Source of the DNA: a virus
Reading direction: 5' to 3' (one strand)
DNA: 64,000 nt
IMG/VR virus record: IMGVR_UViG_3300020156_000002
Span: 66,654 to 130,653 of that record
A program made the translations under genes and the position numbers. The stretch's first letter is position 1, and each line of letters starts with the position of its first letter. Under the pieces are notes generated by a model. The model was not told where the DNA came from, searched no databases, and was given only the letters and a program-made list of their open reading frames with translations. Positions 18,211 to 29,687 of the stretch are shown here, piece after piece.

Positions 18211-19062
18211 TTATTTAGTTTTTATAGTTCCAGACCATACTTCAACATTGCATCCATTTTTTGTTTTAATTTGTTGAATTATAACATCATACACAGTCTT
18301 AGATTTTAAATTCTTAACTGTAACATTTTTTTGCACTTTTCCATTTACTAAAACTCTATATTTATTTTTGTGAACGGATATACTAAATGAGGTTTTGCCA
18401 ACTGCAATATGGGGTGTTTTTGTATACTTTACTGTGAATGTTCCATAAGCTGGATTATATTTGTTTCCGATTTCGTCACTAGCTAATACTTTATACTTAA
18501 AATAATTATATCCAAGATACAAATTATTATTATTATTATTTAAATATTGTACTTGACTACGTAATAGTCTTCCATAAACATTAGTTGTATTAAATTGTAA
18601 ATTTTCAATATAGCTATGTGTCTCGAATCCATCCTCAGACTTCCAATACATTTTATCAACTACAAATTCTTTTCCATCTAAGTCACATTTTAATGTAGGA
18701 TTAAACTCATTAACAACTATAGAAACATCAACATTACATCCCTCTATTTGTTTGTTGCTATCTACATCTTTAAAGATTGAAACGCTTATTTTTTTATCTT
18801 TGCTTGCTTGTGTTAATTTATCTGGGAAAGTTGCAATGGTTAGTTCTTTTGCATCATATGTTACTATACCATTTGTCAATGTTCCATTTGCCACAAAATC
18901 TCTACCCATTGGTATTTCACCAACCATAAATTCGTATTTAGGTGTAATCGTTCCATTAAACGACCAAACAGTAGTTTGAGCAGCGTTGGAAAATGTGTTA
19001 TTTGATATAACACTTAGTGCTAACAATAATAACGTAATAATTAATTTTTTTATTTTTCTCAT
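18211..19062 (-). CDS. Secreted beta-rich moron protein with C-terminal FN3-like strands
   Basis: Signal peptide MRKIKKLIITLLLLALS...NAA; TVKNLKSKTVYDVII; own TGnTATAAT promoter. Confidence 0.6.
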   Translation of the reverse strand: MRKIKKLIITLLLLALSVISNNTFSNAAQTTVWSFNGTITPKYEFMVGEIPMGRDFVANGTLTNGIVTYDAKELTIATFPDKLTQASKDKKISVSIFKDVDSNKQIEGCNVDVSIVVNEFNPTLKCDLDGKEFVVDKMYWKSEDGFETHSYIENLQFNTTNVYGRLLRSQVQYLNNNNNNLYLGYNYFKYKVLASDEIGNKYNPAYGTFTVKYTKTPHIAVGKTSFSISVHKNKYRVLVNGKVQKNVTVKNLKSKTVYDVIIQQIKTKNGCNVEVWSGTIKTK

Positions 19063-19125
19063 AATATATACCTCCTACTTGTATTATAGCACTAATTGTA
19101 AAAAATACAAGAATATGTAAATACC

Positions 19126-22100
19126 TTATTGTTTTAATTCAATTGATCTAATTCTTTTTTCTAATTCTTGAATTAAACTAATAGCTGGGGAGATAAATTC
19201 TTCATATCTCAACATATAAATATATCCTGTTAATTCACTTGTAGTATCAAACGTCCCATCTTCACTCATTACGGCATAAGTTGGATATTTAATAAATCCA
19301 CCAAAATCTTTAGTATCCATACCTAATTCTTGCATAATCATTTCAACATCTTGACTAATAAATCCAGTGTGATATCTATCACTTGTACCATCATTGTATT
19401 TAAATCTCACAGGTTTAAGCTTAAGTATGAGTTGTTTATATATCTCTGGTAAATCCTCAATATCATGTTTTAGATTTCTATCTGAAGATGTAGCCAACGT
19501 TCCATAAATAGTTCCCCATCTATGAGTAGGATCTCCTAAATCTGCTGTCGACCATGGAAACAATTTGTTCCCATTCCATCTAACTGACTGTCCACCATCA
19601 GTTAAATCATAGTGAGTATGCCCTGTAGTAGCAAAATAATAACTTAAAGGATAACCATTCATACTAATAGAATTAGAAACATTAATAATTCTACAATTAA
19701 TATTTCCACCATTAATTGTCGTATCGCCAGTTCCACCGAATGAATTATCAGCAATCCATACGTTTGCTGCGTTTATCAATGAAAATTTTGATCCTACAGC
19801 ACCTCCGGTGACATTAGAAAATTCATAAGATGCAAATGATGTTCCGGTGAATCTACCGTTCTTTATTGTAGCAGCATTATTGTTAGCACTATCAATATTG
19901 TTAAATTCTGATCCATTTATAGTTGAACCATTAATAGTAGAGGCATAAATCGTTCCTGAGAAATTACCATTTGTAGCAGTAAGATTATGGCAACTCAAAG
20001 TACCATCTTGTGACATCGAAAAATTAGAACTATTAACTACCAACCCGTTAGAATTTATAGTAACTAAACCATATTGGTCAACAGAAAACCTACCGTTATT
20101 AATATTGATTGAACCACCCGTTATTAATCCAGAAAATGTACCTGTTGCTGCCTCCAAGTCACCAGAAAATTTAAGTTTATTATTTACTGTATCTACATAT
20201 AATTTTTTAGTACCATTAACAGCAATCTTAAATATTTCGCTAGGAGTATTAGGATTAATCCCAACAGAATAAATACCATTTACAGCATTAAACCCATTAG
20301 CATTAGTAATAGAAAAATTGCCGGCTTCATTTAAAATAGCCAATTGATTACCAAGTATTAAATCACCACATAATAATGGTGCCCACACCCCGTAAACAGT
20401 TTGTCCATTATAAACACCTTCACCAATAGCCATGCTAACAGTTTGCCACGCATTTTGAGTAAGGTATAACCCATTTCCAACACCCCACATTTGGTTAGGA
20501 GAATAGTTATTTGTTTCATCAAGCCATTTTCTCCATTTAGTACCTGTAGAATCCGCAATGAAAGTTTCATTAGAAGCATTTTTTAGTTTCTGATTTGCCA
20601 AATTAAGAGTGGAAGACATGTATTCATTAAAAGAACTTGTCTTATTCTTGGCGTTATTCCATCCGGTTCCATTAATATTATAAGAAGTTGATATTGCACT
20701 TGATTGAGCTTGTACTTCAGCTAATTGAATATCATAACCATCTAACCTATTCTTACTACTAAAGGTTAAAGAAAAATCATCTGGATTATCCCAATTTATA
20801 TGTATCTTTAATAGTCGAGATTCGACTAAAATATCATTGTCAAAATCAATTGTCATGATATTGCCTAATTCTAATTGATCAGTATACCTTTTAAATTCTG
20901 GAATTCTAGTAAAGTTGAGAGCATTTACTTCTAGTGTATAAGAAGGTTTACATCTTTTAGCCAAATCTTTTTGAGCCATATCTAACAATTCACGTTTCAT
21001 CTCTAAAGCTTCAGCATCTGTCATGGATTCTGTAACTATAAAAGTATCATCGGTGAATGTATCCTCCCTATAAAATTTACTCAACTCTTTAAATAAATCT
21101 TCTCCAAGATATTCCCGTAAATTTATAGTTAGACTCTTACAATATGATTCTTGATTTTTTATTTCAGTTTCTTTTGCTGTTATTTGTGATTTTCTGATAT
21201 TAAGTTCAGCATTAACAGATTCTCTTAATGAATAGTTACTATTATAATTGGCAATGCTTGTAGAATCAGTTTTCCCAATATATAAAGCCATATTATTGTT
21301 ATAAATATCATATTTCTCTTGTAATGCAACAGAGCCATATTCAGACCAATTCGTACTATCGGGTGTACTTGGCAATTTATTATATAAATTATTCAATTCT
21401 CCATATAAACCCTGTAGGGCAGTAATAGCATTAGTGAAACTGCTAAGTCTATTATTGTACGAAACTTCATATTGTTCGTATCTAGTTCTTAGAGCTTCAC
21501 TCATCCACTTTTTATAATAACTAAAATTTGCTATTTGATTTGTTCCTGTTGGATTTACTTCTATAATTCCCAAGGTAGAACCATTATCATCACCACCAGC
21601 AACTGTATACACAGTTTTAATATCCGCTTCATCCGACTCTAAAATTGTGTTCACAATTACATTATCATATGACAAATATATATTTGTGTTTTTGCCTATA
21701 TTCTCTAACTTATAAGCATTAACGGTTTGTGCTTTTGTGTCAAATTGGAATATACATTCATATGACTGGCTTGCTTTTTCAACTAAAAACGAGTATGCTC
21801 CGACCTCATCATCAGTAAACGTTCTATACTGTGTAGTTATTGCTGGGTCAATATATCCAACAGTCCATGATGGCATTTTTTGTAACCAAATATGAATTAT
21901 ACTATGAGATATGTCATACAAGTCATATAATTTATATCTATCTAATCCTCCTTGTTCATCGGTTGAAACACCTAATTGTCCGAAAGAAGTTAAAAGTTTT
22001 GAACATGCTTCATATTCGAGCGAAAATGCGCTTACTTCTTTATATTCATTAACTCCATTCCCATTTTTAGATATTTTATTAATTAAAAACCATCCAACAT

Positions 22101-22335
22101 TTGTGATTTGAACTAATAATGTTTCTTCAATATTTTCATAATTATATGTTGGTTTACCATCTTCATATTTATATACTGTAAAACTGACCGTGGATATATT
22201 GTTAAAACACAAGTCTCCTTGCAATTCTCTTGCTTGTATAGTTCCTAATATTTTCTTATTTTGTGTAGCCAAATAAACTATTGGTCTTTCAGGGCGGTTG
22301 TAAGCGTCAACACCAAATACCATATTATACACCAA
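19126..22335 (-). CDS. Tail endopeptidase/spike (Tal-like) with C-terminal S74 intramolecular chaperone
   Basis: Follows Dit; LELGNIM; TSSDRNLKHDI...LKPVRF...HTGFISQDVE...LRYEEFI. Confidence 0.85.
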   Translation of the reverse strand: MVYNMVFGVDAYNRPERPIVYLATQNKKILGTIQARELQGDLCFNNISTVSFTVYKYEDGKPTYNYENIEETLLVQITNVGWFLINKISKNGNGVNEYKEVSAFSLEYEACSKLLTSFGQLGVSTDEQGGLDRYKLYDLYDISHSIIHIWLQKMPSWTVGYIDPAITTQYRTFTDDEVGAYSFLVEKASQSYECIFQFDTKAQTVNAYKLENIGKNTNIYLSYDNVIVNTILESDEADIKTVYTVAGGDDNGSTLGIIEVNPTGTNQIANFSYYKKWMSEALRTRYEQYEVSYNNRLSSFTNAITALQGLYGELNNLYNKLPSTPDSTNWSEYGSVALQEKYDIYNNNMALYIGKTDSTSIANYNSNYSLRESVNAELNIRKSQITAKETEIKNQESYCKSLTINLREYLGEDLFKELSKFYREDTFTDDTFIVTESMTDAEALEMKRELLDMAQKDLAKRCKPSYTLEVNALNFTRIPEFKRYTDQLELGNIMTIDFDNDILVESRLLKIHINWDNPDDFSLTFSSKNRLDGYDIQLAEVQAQSSAISTSYNINGTGWNNAKNKTSSFNEYMSSTLNLANQKLKNASNETFIADSTGTKWRKWLDETNNYSPNQMWGVGNGLYLTQNAWQTVSMAIGEGVYNGQTVYGVWAPLLCGDLILGNQLAILNEAGNFSITNANGFNAVNGIYSVGINPNTPSEIFKIAVNGTKKLYVDTVNNKLKFSGDLEAATGTFSGLITGGSININNGRFSVDQYGLVTINSNGLVVNSSNFSMSQDGTLSCHNLTATNGNFSGTIYASTINGSTINGSEFNNIDSANNNAATIKNGRFTGTSFASYEFSNVTGGAVGSKFSLINAANVWIADNSFGGTGDTTINGGNINCRIINVSNSISMNGYPLSYYFATTGHTHYDLTDGGQSVRWNGNKLFPWSTADLGDPTHRWGTIYGTLATSSDRNLKHDIEDLPEIYKQLILKLKPVRFKYNDGTSDRYHTGFISQDVEMIMQELGMDTKDFGGFIKYPTYAVMSEDGTFDTTSELTGYIYMLRYEEFISPAISLIQELEKRIRSIELKQ

Positions 22336-23107
22336 CCCTTCTCGGTTCTCTGTAGCTAATAGTAACCGTACACAAATTACTAAACGTTAGAGTATTTAAT
22401 CCATCAACAAATCTTATCCAGCGTTTATTAAAATCTTTCCATACATCATGAGAAGTAGAAGATGATATAAATGGTATTTCTCCTTCAATTGTGATTGTTT
22501 CGCCAGCAACTAAATTATTAATCGTAAAAACACTATTGCTAACCTCTGTACTATTAGTAATAGATAAACTTCCAGGCGCGTTAGCTAATATAGTTATATT
22601 AGGGTAAATATAATCGTCAATGTCATTATTAATATATAATTTAATCTGTTGATTGGTAGAAACGATATTATATGATTTTTTTATCATAGAAGAATATCCA
22701 TATGGAGCATTGCAAGTAACAGTAAACTCCATACCTACAACATTTATCACTTTGATAATTTGCGGATTTGATATATTGACTTCAAACTCAGTATCATAAA
22801 ATCTATCATCATCCATCTGAAATTTTATAAATTTTCCTCGTTTGCAAAGCCATTTTTTTATTGAGCGTTCTTTTACTTCGTCTATATTAGAACCATCATC
22901 ATTTATTATTTGGAATGTAAATGATAATGGTTTAGTATATTCTTGGCTTAATATTTTAAATTTATTGCTTCTAGGAGTTTTACTAATATTTAGTTCAGTT
23001 TCACCTTCTCCAGAAACAATTTCTGCACCAGATATCGTATCAAATCTTACACATACAACTCCATATTCTTCGCTTGATTCTCTATCTGCTATGAAATTAG
23101 AAAACAT
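22325..23107 (-). CDS. Distal tail protein (Dit)
   Basis: Follows tape measure; PLSFTF, IKKWL, TCNAPYGY, GLNTLTF; SD before ATG 23107. Confidence 0.8.
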   Translation of the reverse strand: MFSNFIADRESSEEYGVVCVRFDTISGAEIVSGEGETELNISKTPRSNKFKILSQEYTKPLSFTFQIINDDGSNIDEVKERSIKKWLCKRGKFIKFQMDDDRFYDTEFEVNISNPQIIKVINVVGMEFTVTCNAPYGYSSMIKKSYNIVSTNQQIKLYINNDIDDYIYPNITILANAPGSLSITNSTEVSNSVFTINNLVAGETITIEGEIPFISSSTSHDVWKDFNKRWIRFVDGLNTLTFSNLCTVTISYREPRRVGV

Positions 23108-23165
23108 ATTTACTCCTTTCCGCATATAAAAGGGACTACTCAAAATTGAATAGTCCCAATGCAAA

Positions 23166-26100
23166 TTATTTACGTTGTCTTATTAACATTACCAAATCTT
23201 CCTGACTTTTCTTTATTGCTTTTGTAACAATACCTTGAACATCAACTGTTTTATCAAGATTTCCTTCAACATTAATTAAATTATCATAATGTACGTTTAT
23301 TCCTCCATTGTTTGGTGAGATATTACTTATATTTGGTTTATAATACGAATTAACAGCAGCTTTAACAGATGGAAGGTCATTTACCAGTTGTTCAAATAGC
23401 TCACCTTGTTTTGCAGTAAGAATCGGCTCATTTCTCTTAACTAAAGCAATTCCTTCATCATCAAGTGAGTTAACTATTTTACCTTTTCCACCTTTGCTAA
23501 ATCCAGCTTTTTTCATAGCAGCTATCAATGCTGAATTTTGAGCCGATGTTGACTTATATGTACCACTTAATCCAAAATATTTCCATAGTGTTGCTCTTGA
23601 GCTTTCACTAGAGTCATAGCCTAGGGATTTTAATCTATCTACAATGTTTGAATCTTTGTTAAGTTCACCTTTATCACCAAGATATGAAACAGAACTGATT
23701 GGTAATGTCTTGTTTGATGTTTTTTTATTTGACTCAGCAGATGAGGCAGATTTTGAGCTTCCACCACTAAACATATCAGACACAGTTTTAGATACAGTAC
23801 TTGATGCTTTTTCAGAAGTTTCCACCATTCTTCCCAAAGGAGAATCTGGTAATGAATTCAGTGCTTGTCTATATAATTCAATCGCAGTAATAGCATTTTG
23901 CCATGGAGTTATAATGCTATCAGTTATTGTCAAACCATGTTCACTTGCTAATGATTTGATACCATCACTAACCGTTGTAGTATCACTCATAACTTGATTT
24001 AATGCATTTTTAACAAGAGTTTCTTGGTCTTTTAAAGATTTTTCCAGTGCATCCGTTTTTGCTTTTTGTGCTTTTTCGTATTTATCATATTCATCATCTA
24101 AAGCATCAGACTGAGCATCGATAGAATGTTGATATTGTTCCTCTTGAAGTTCATCTTTCTTTTGGTTTAGTTCGTTTTCTAGTTTCAGTCTTTGTGCAAT
24201 ATCTTTTCTATCAGTACTTAATTTTAAAGCTGCTATTTGTTTCTGTAATGAAGTTATATTTTTGCTTTTTTCAGATATAGATTTCTCATAGTCATGTAAA
24301 TCTTTTGCTGCCTGTAGTGCTTTTTTTCTCAGTTCAATTGATTCTTTAAATTTATCAGTTTCCTTATCTATGGCATCTATTTCTGTTTGAATACGAGCCT
24401 TTTCAAGATTGGCAATAGCTTCTTCTGCGGCTTGCGTTTGACTTACTGCATCTCTTTGCAAACTTTGATAATTAGCCAATTCTTCATCATATTGTTTTTG
24501 AGTTATAGTACCAGCTTTAAGTTCCTTCTTTAGAGTTGCAATAGCTGTGCCATATTGAGAAACAAGATTTTTTGATTGAGACATCTGTTCAGCATATAAA
24601 CCAAGTTTTGTAATCCCTTTGTCTGTATATTCGCCATATTCATCTAGTGCTTCATCGTCGCTAATCAAATCGGCTAAGTCAGATATCTCATCTTTAAGAT
24701 TATTAATCTTAGTAATACCTGTGTCAAAACTTTCCCATTTAAGACTTCTAATTTCTGTTTTAAAATCATAAATAGAAGAAGTAGCGGTTCTTATATCTGA
24801 ATTCAATTGATTTATATAAGAAAGTCCTGCTTTATAATCAGTGCTACCTTTTTTAATAATTCCTTCTTTGACTTGCTGATTAAATACTTTGGTGTAAGCA
24901 TTTAATTCTTTTTTAGAATTACTAATTAAATCGTTTTGAAGTTTTATCAAATAATTATAATCCGATACTTTTACTTGACTGCCACGGTCTTTCTTCAAAT
25001 CTATCAAAGATTGTCTACGAGATATTTTTGAATTAATATACTCGTTACTATTATCAAAGTATTTTGTAATATTATCAAGTTTCTGAGCATTTAATTCTTT
25101 TATTTCAGCATTTATAGAAGCAATTTCCTTACCAACATTCGCAGCTTCATTTTTCCATTTTTGATAGTCTTCAATTTTCTTAGCAAGTTTCTCGTTTGTG
25201 ATTGTTTCAATTTTCAATCCACCATTTGCAACTAATTCTTGATATTTTTTTGGTAATTTTACATTTTTGGCAGCTTTATTATATTTATCTTGTACCGCCT
25301 TTAAACTTTTCTTTTCATCTATTTTTGCATTTACAGCAATATCAATTTTAGCGTTTTTGTATTTATATGAAGTATACTTAGCTATAGAATCTATTGCCTT
25401 TTGAGCCTTATCTTTTAACTTATCAATCTTAATTGATAGCCAGTCAAATACTTGAGAAAACTGGTTTTTAGTATCTTTGCCACCACTTTTACTTTTCCCC
25501 TTTTTTGAGTTACCAGTTCTATCACTTGCTAATGCTATGTTATTTAAATTTAAACCAGTATTATCCGATTGTGAAAATAAATTTGATGCTTGATTATAAT
25601 AGTATTGTTCTCGTTCTGCTTCTTTTTTCTTTTGCTCGACTTCTTTTTCTAACGATTTAGTAAAAGCATCAGCCATTTCTTTACCGCCAGTTGCTCGCCA
25701 AATTGATTCATTATAGGCATCGCTACCTCCAGGTAGTTTAGGAGGGGTATTGGCAATTTTTTCTGCCTTAGAAGCACTTTCACGAGCATTATAATAATCA
25801 GCCCATTTTTTATTTAAAGAACTTAAAAGTGTAGTGTCTGTTTCATACTTTGCTTGAGCCAGCGATTTAAAATTACCAAAATCTGTTTTATAGTAATTAC
25901 TTAAACTATTTACAATATCTGAATGGTTTTTGACAACAGCGTTATAATAATTAGTATCCAACATTAGAACATCTTTGTAATAGTCTTCAGCTGCAGCCTT
26001 TTGGTCTTCAATCCCTTTTTTGAGTTGTTCTCTAAGTTCTTTTTCATTACCTATATATGCTAATAATTTAGGATACTTTTGAGTAATAGTTTGTAGTCCC

Positions 26101-27869
26101 TCAAGAGTTAACCCATTATTGTCATCCATATCTTTTAATATAGACGTGTAATCTTCAACAGCAGCTTGAGCATTGCCAATAGCATTTTGTAAATCTGAGA
26201 TATTTACGTCTTTACCCAAATCATTTACATAACCTGTAGCATCTTCTGCCGCAGCCGCAAGGGAGTAGAATGAGCTAGTCTGTTTCTTTGTTGCTTCCGT
26301 AGCGGAATCAGTTGAAGTGGTGAGATTATTAGTTGCATCAGTTGTCTTTTCAATAGAATCTAACCATTTGGTATAAGAACTCAAAGAATTGTCTACAATC
26401 TTTTTCATTTTATTTCCAGAGTCTGTAGCCCCAATTAAACTCTCAGATTCTTTCTGCATTTCACTTGCTAACGAGTTGGCATATTTCCTTGAATCATTCA
26501 TTTTGTTAGACAATGATGATAATTCTTTTTCATTATTATTAAATTCTTTAGTATTTCCTTTTCCTGCATTTGCCAATTTTTGTTGAGCTTTTTCTAATGA
26601 TTCATAGACTTCTGATAAATTATTATAATCATCAATTACTTTTTGAAGTTCAACATCCCTAGTTACTTTGTCATATACAACTTTGCCTCCAGTCAATTCA
26701 CTGTATACAGTTTTATAATCATATTTACTGTTTACAGTTTTTCCAAGAGTTTCAGTTGCAGTTTTTTCAGCTTCCAACCCTTCAATGCGTTGCTTTTCTT
26801 TGGCAATATCAAGTTGTCTTTGAAGTTCTTTTGTTTGATTTTCTAACTTTTGTTGTTCTCCATCTTTTACAACACTTGCTCCGCCAATATTATTTAATTC
26901 TGCAAGACGATCTTTACAATTTTTTAGTTCAGCCTCTAAAGATTTGACATTTGAAGTAGCAGTATTATACGCTTGTTTTTGTTCTGCTAATTTTTCTTGT
27001 GACTCCTCTAATGTTACATTAAAATAATCATAGGCTTTTGTGATAGCAGTAATAACACCCAAAGCTGCTATTACTGGTAAAATATTACCTAGTACAGCAA
27101 CAAATACACCTGCTCCTTCTCCAGCTAAACCAAGAGCAGTACCCAAACTAGCTAAACCATTTGTGAGCGAAGGAATTAATGTTAATAATCCCTTTCCTCC
27201 AAGTATGCCCACAGTAGTCAATATTGCAACATTAAACAATCCAACTTTATCTATAACATCAAGGACAGTAGAGGACAATTGTAATAAAAATTTAACAACA
27301 TCACTATTGATAGTATCATGCCATAATGACTGAACCGTTGCTTGCAATTCTTCATATTTTGCTTTTAAAGATTCAGCATATTTTTCTTGGTTTTGAAGCG
27401 TGGTTCCGTCTGCATCTTTAGCTTTTTCTGCCATATCATAATAGTCGCCATACGCCTTAATCATAGAACGGAAAACTGCGGTTTGTCTTGTTCCGGCAAC
27501 CTGATATGCTATTTTACTTAAGTCAACTTGTGATATATTGTCAAGCTTTTTATAGATATCTCCCATAATATCATCAAAATTTCTAAATGTATCATTTGAT
27601 GACCTTACTTCAATTCCTACGCCTCTGAGTGCAGCTTCTGCTTTGGAGATATCGTCCATAGTAACTTCACCATTAGCAACAGCCGCCTTATTTGCGTTGG
27701 TGACACGAACCATCATAGTCTTTAAACTATTGCCTATTTCAGCTCCGCTACGTCTTGTTTTTTCTATCATAGTACCTAATAATGCTATGTAATTTTCTAG
27801 ACTAACACCTGCATCATTAGCAACGCTACCTGAAGCCTGGATACCTTCTGCTATTTCCTTAATACCTTT
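23166..27869 (-). CDS. Tape measure protein, exon 2
   Basis: Frame is open from 27869 (KGIKEIAEG...) through TP901-like SGAEIGNSLKTM, TM segments and long coiled coils. Confidence 0.9.
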   Translation of the reverse strand, partial: KGIKEIAEGIQASGSVANDAGVSLENYIALLGTMIEKTRRSGAEIGNSLKTMMVRVTNANKAAVANGEVTMDDISKAEAALRGVGIEVRSSNDTFRNFDDIMGDIYKKLDNISQVDLSKIAYQVAGTRQTAVFRSMIKAYGDYYDMAEKAKDADGTTLQNQEKYAESLKAKYEELQATVQSLWHDTINSDVVKFLLQLSSTVLDVIDKVGLFNVAILTTVGILGGKGLLTLIPSLTNGLASLGTALGLAGEGAGVFVAVLGNILPVIAALGVITAITKAYDYFNVTLEESQEKLAEQKQAYNTATSNVKSLEAELKNCKDRLAELNNIGGASVVKDGEQQKLENQTKELQRQLDIAKEKQRIEGLEAEKTATETLGKTVNSKYDYKTVYSELTGGKVVYDKVTRDVELQKVIDDYNNLSEVYESLEKAQQKLANAGKGNTKEFNNNEKELSSLSNKMNDSRKYANSLASEMQKESESLIGATDSGNKMKKIVDNSLSSYTKWLDSIEKTTDATNNLTTSTDSATEATKKQTSSFYSLAAAAEDATGYVNDLGKDVNISDLQNAIGNAQAAVEDYTSILKDMDDNNGLTLEGLQTITQKYPKLLAYIGNEKELREQLKKGIEDQKAAAEDYYKDVLMLDTNYYNAVVKNHSDIVNSLSNYYKTDFGNFKSLAQAKYETDTTLLSSLNKKWADYYNARESASKAEKIANTPPKLPGGSDAYNESIWRATGGKEMADAFTKSLEKEVEQKKKEAEREQYYYNQASNLFSQSDNTGLNLNNIALASDRTGNSKKGKSKSGGKDTKNQFSQVFDWLSIKIDKLKDKAQKAIDSIAKYTSYKYKNAKIDIAVNAKIDEKKSLKAVQDKYNKAAKNVKLPKKYQELVANGGLKIETITNEKLAKKIEDYQKWKNEAANVGKEIASINAEIKELNAQKLDNITKYFDNSNEYINSKISRRQSLIDLKKDRGSQVKVSDYNYLIKLQNDLISNSKKELNAYTKVFNQQVKEGIIKKGSTDYKAGLSYINQLNSDIRTATSSIYDFKTEIRSLKWESFDTGITKINNLKDEISDLADLISDDEALDEYGEYTDKGITKLGLYAEQMSQSKNLVSQYGTAIATLKKELKAGTITQKQYDEELANYQSLQRDAVSQTQAAEEAIANLEKARIQTEIDAIDKETDKFKESIELRKKALQAAKDLHDYEKSISEKSKNITSLQKQIAALKLSTDRKDIAQRLKLENELNQKKDELQEEQYQHSIDAQSDALDDEYDKYEKAQKAKTDALEKSLKDQETLVKNALNQVMSDTTTVSDGIKSLASEHGLTITDSIITPWQNAITAIELYRQALNSLPDSPLGRMVETSEKASSTVSKTVSDMFSGGSSKSASSAESNKKTSNKTLPISSVSYLGDKGELNKDSNIVDRLKSLGYDSSESSRATLWKYFGLSGTYKSTSAQNSALIAAMKKAGFSKGGKGKIVNSLDDEGIALVKRNEPILTAKQGELFEQLVNDLPSVKAAVNSYYKPNISNISPNNGGINVHYDNLINVEGNLDKTVDVQGIVTKAIKKSQEDLVMLIRQRK

Positions 27870-28326
27870 CGGATGTTATTAACCGTAAGCTTTTTATCTT
27901 ACGCTCTGGAAGTTTCCCTCATTTTCATCGATTGGTCATTTCCAATCCAGCCTAGCATATATATTCACCCTCGTTTAACGTTAGGCAAATAGGAGACTAG
28001 CCCTATTTGGAATAAACTTTATTTATCCGTGTAAACCACTCGTGGAGATGTTTTGTTCTAAAATCTATTATTTTAGGTTCAATCTCTATGCGTTACGGTG
28101 ACAGACAATCTTTGGTTGTCTGTTTACCTCGGTATTAGCTTGCTATACTTATAAATTGTTATGGAGCAATTTAACTTCTTCAATTGCACCACATTTGACT
28201 AATTCGTCCGATAGAAAATACACTATATTTCTTTCTCTACAAAAACGTTATTATAAGATAGTTTAGCTTTTACCGATTTTGGTTTATGTTCATTAGATTA
28301 TTTCTAATCTAAGCAGCAAATTGTTT
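27870..28326 (-). ncRNA. Group I intron (457 nt, no ORF) in the tape measure gene
   Basis: Exon 1 ends in U and intron ends in G; P1 CAGU|AAA-CAA-UUUGCUG with U.G pair; core AAAUCGGUAA / AAUACCGAG / GUAACGCAUAG / UAUAUGCUA (P7 GCAUA:UAUGC); splicing restores the frame DFS-KGIKE. Confidence 0.9.
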
Positions 28327-29169
28327 ACTGAAGTCTACATTCATTGACTGAGATACCTTCTCAAACACATCAGATATGTGCATTAATTGGTCTTCAGCCA
28401 AAGAAAATTGTTCCATTGTACCCTGTAAAATATCAGCGGTGTCAGATGCCGACATACCTGTTACATTACTTAATAGAAGTGTAGGTTGTGCTTTTTGTAA
28501 GATACTTTGTGCGGTTTCATTAGCGTTAGCATAGATAGTAACAGCTTGAAGCACATTAGATGCAGATGTTTTTAAATCTTTAGCCATTTTTATCGATGAT
28601 TCTGCTATATTATTTAAATCACTTTTTGAAACATCCATGGTGTAATTTATATTTGTAAGAGCAGAGTCAAGTTCTCCTACAAATCTTACTCCATCTTGGA
28701 ATGAACGCCAAACACCCATTAATAAATTTCCAGCTACAAGCCATTCTGAAAATTTTGTAATATTATTTTTTAATACTTTTCCTATGGATTGAACTTCTAG
28801 CCCGGCTTCTTTGGCAGTACCCTTGAATTTTGTTAACTGTGAATTAGCAGTAGTTAAATCTATTTGTTTTCCTGATTCTTGAGCCTTTTTAAATGCATTA
28901 GATATATCATCTATTTCACTTGCATAAGCTTTTAATTTACTTTGATTTAAAGAATTTGTATAAGCCTGGAAACTCTTTCTTGCTCCTTCAGCTCTATTCC
29001 TTACTATATCAAGTTTATCAGCCATTTGTTGAATTAATTTAGTGTCAACTTTTGCTTTTATACCAACTTCATATTCCTTTTCTAGTGCTTTAAGTTTAGA
29101 CCTTAATTCTTTGTCTGCCTTAGTTAAATCATATAGTGCTTCTATTTTAATACGATAATCATTAGCCAT
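28327..29169 (-). CDS. Tape measure protein, exon 1
   Basis: ELDSALTNI...; TP901-like core TLLLSNVTGMSASDTADIL. Confidence 0.85.
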
Positions 29170-29320
29170 AATATATATTTACACTCCTTTCAATTTACTC
29201 GTTAAAATGCATTAAAAAAGCACCTTAACTGAAAGGTGCGAATAATTTTCTACATTAAAAAAGAGCTATCTGACTTTGAATCAAACAGCCCTTTTATCAT
29301 AATTTATTTAGTTTTATTTG

Positions 29321-29656
29321 TTACAATTCAACTTCAATTAAAACAATACCATCAGGAAATTCTAATTCACCTTTCCTGTAATCATGTGTTATTGTACGCT
29401 TTATAGATGTAACACATTTTTTTAAAAATGCTTTCAACATAAAATCATTACTGAATATTACATCATCATAATCGTGACAACAGACAACTTCTTCCTCAAT
29501 TCCTACATTTAAACCCCTTACTAAATATGTACGCCCCTCATTATTTTTAAAGTCTTCAGTTACCTTAAAAAATGTAATACCCTTTTGCCAAATTAACATA
29601 TCAATATCATCTGCCAATTCTTCAAGTGTAATTAAATCATGAACCCCGTTATTCAT
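29321..29656 (-). CDS. Small acidic protein, probable distant member of paralog family A (copy 3)
   Basis: VVCCHDYDDVIFSNDFMLKAFL resembles IVICSDADEILWDNQYALHSFL of 14681-15025. Confidence 0.55.
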   Translation of the reverse strand: MNNGVHDLITLEELADDIDMLIWQKGITFFKVTEDFKNNEGRTYLVRGLNVGIEEEVVCCHDYDDVIFSNDFMLKAFLKKCVTSIKRTITHDYRKGELEFPDGIVLIEVEL

Positions 29657-29687
29657 TAATTATGCCTCCTTAGTCCTTCATCACCCG

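Noticed and set aside
28309-29169. Separate 286-aa gene or frameshifted tail chaperone
   Set aside because: It is exon 1 of the tape measure; the stop codon lies inside the intron
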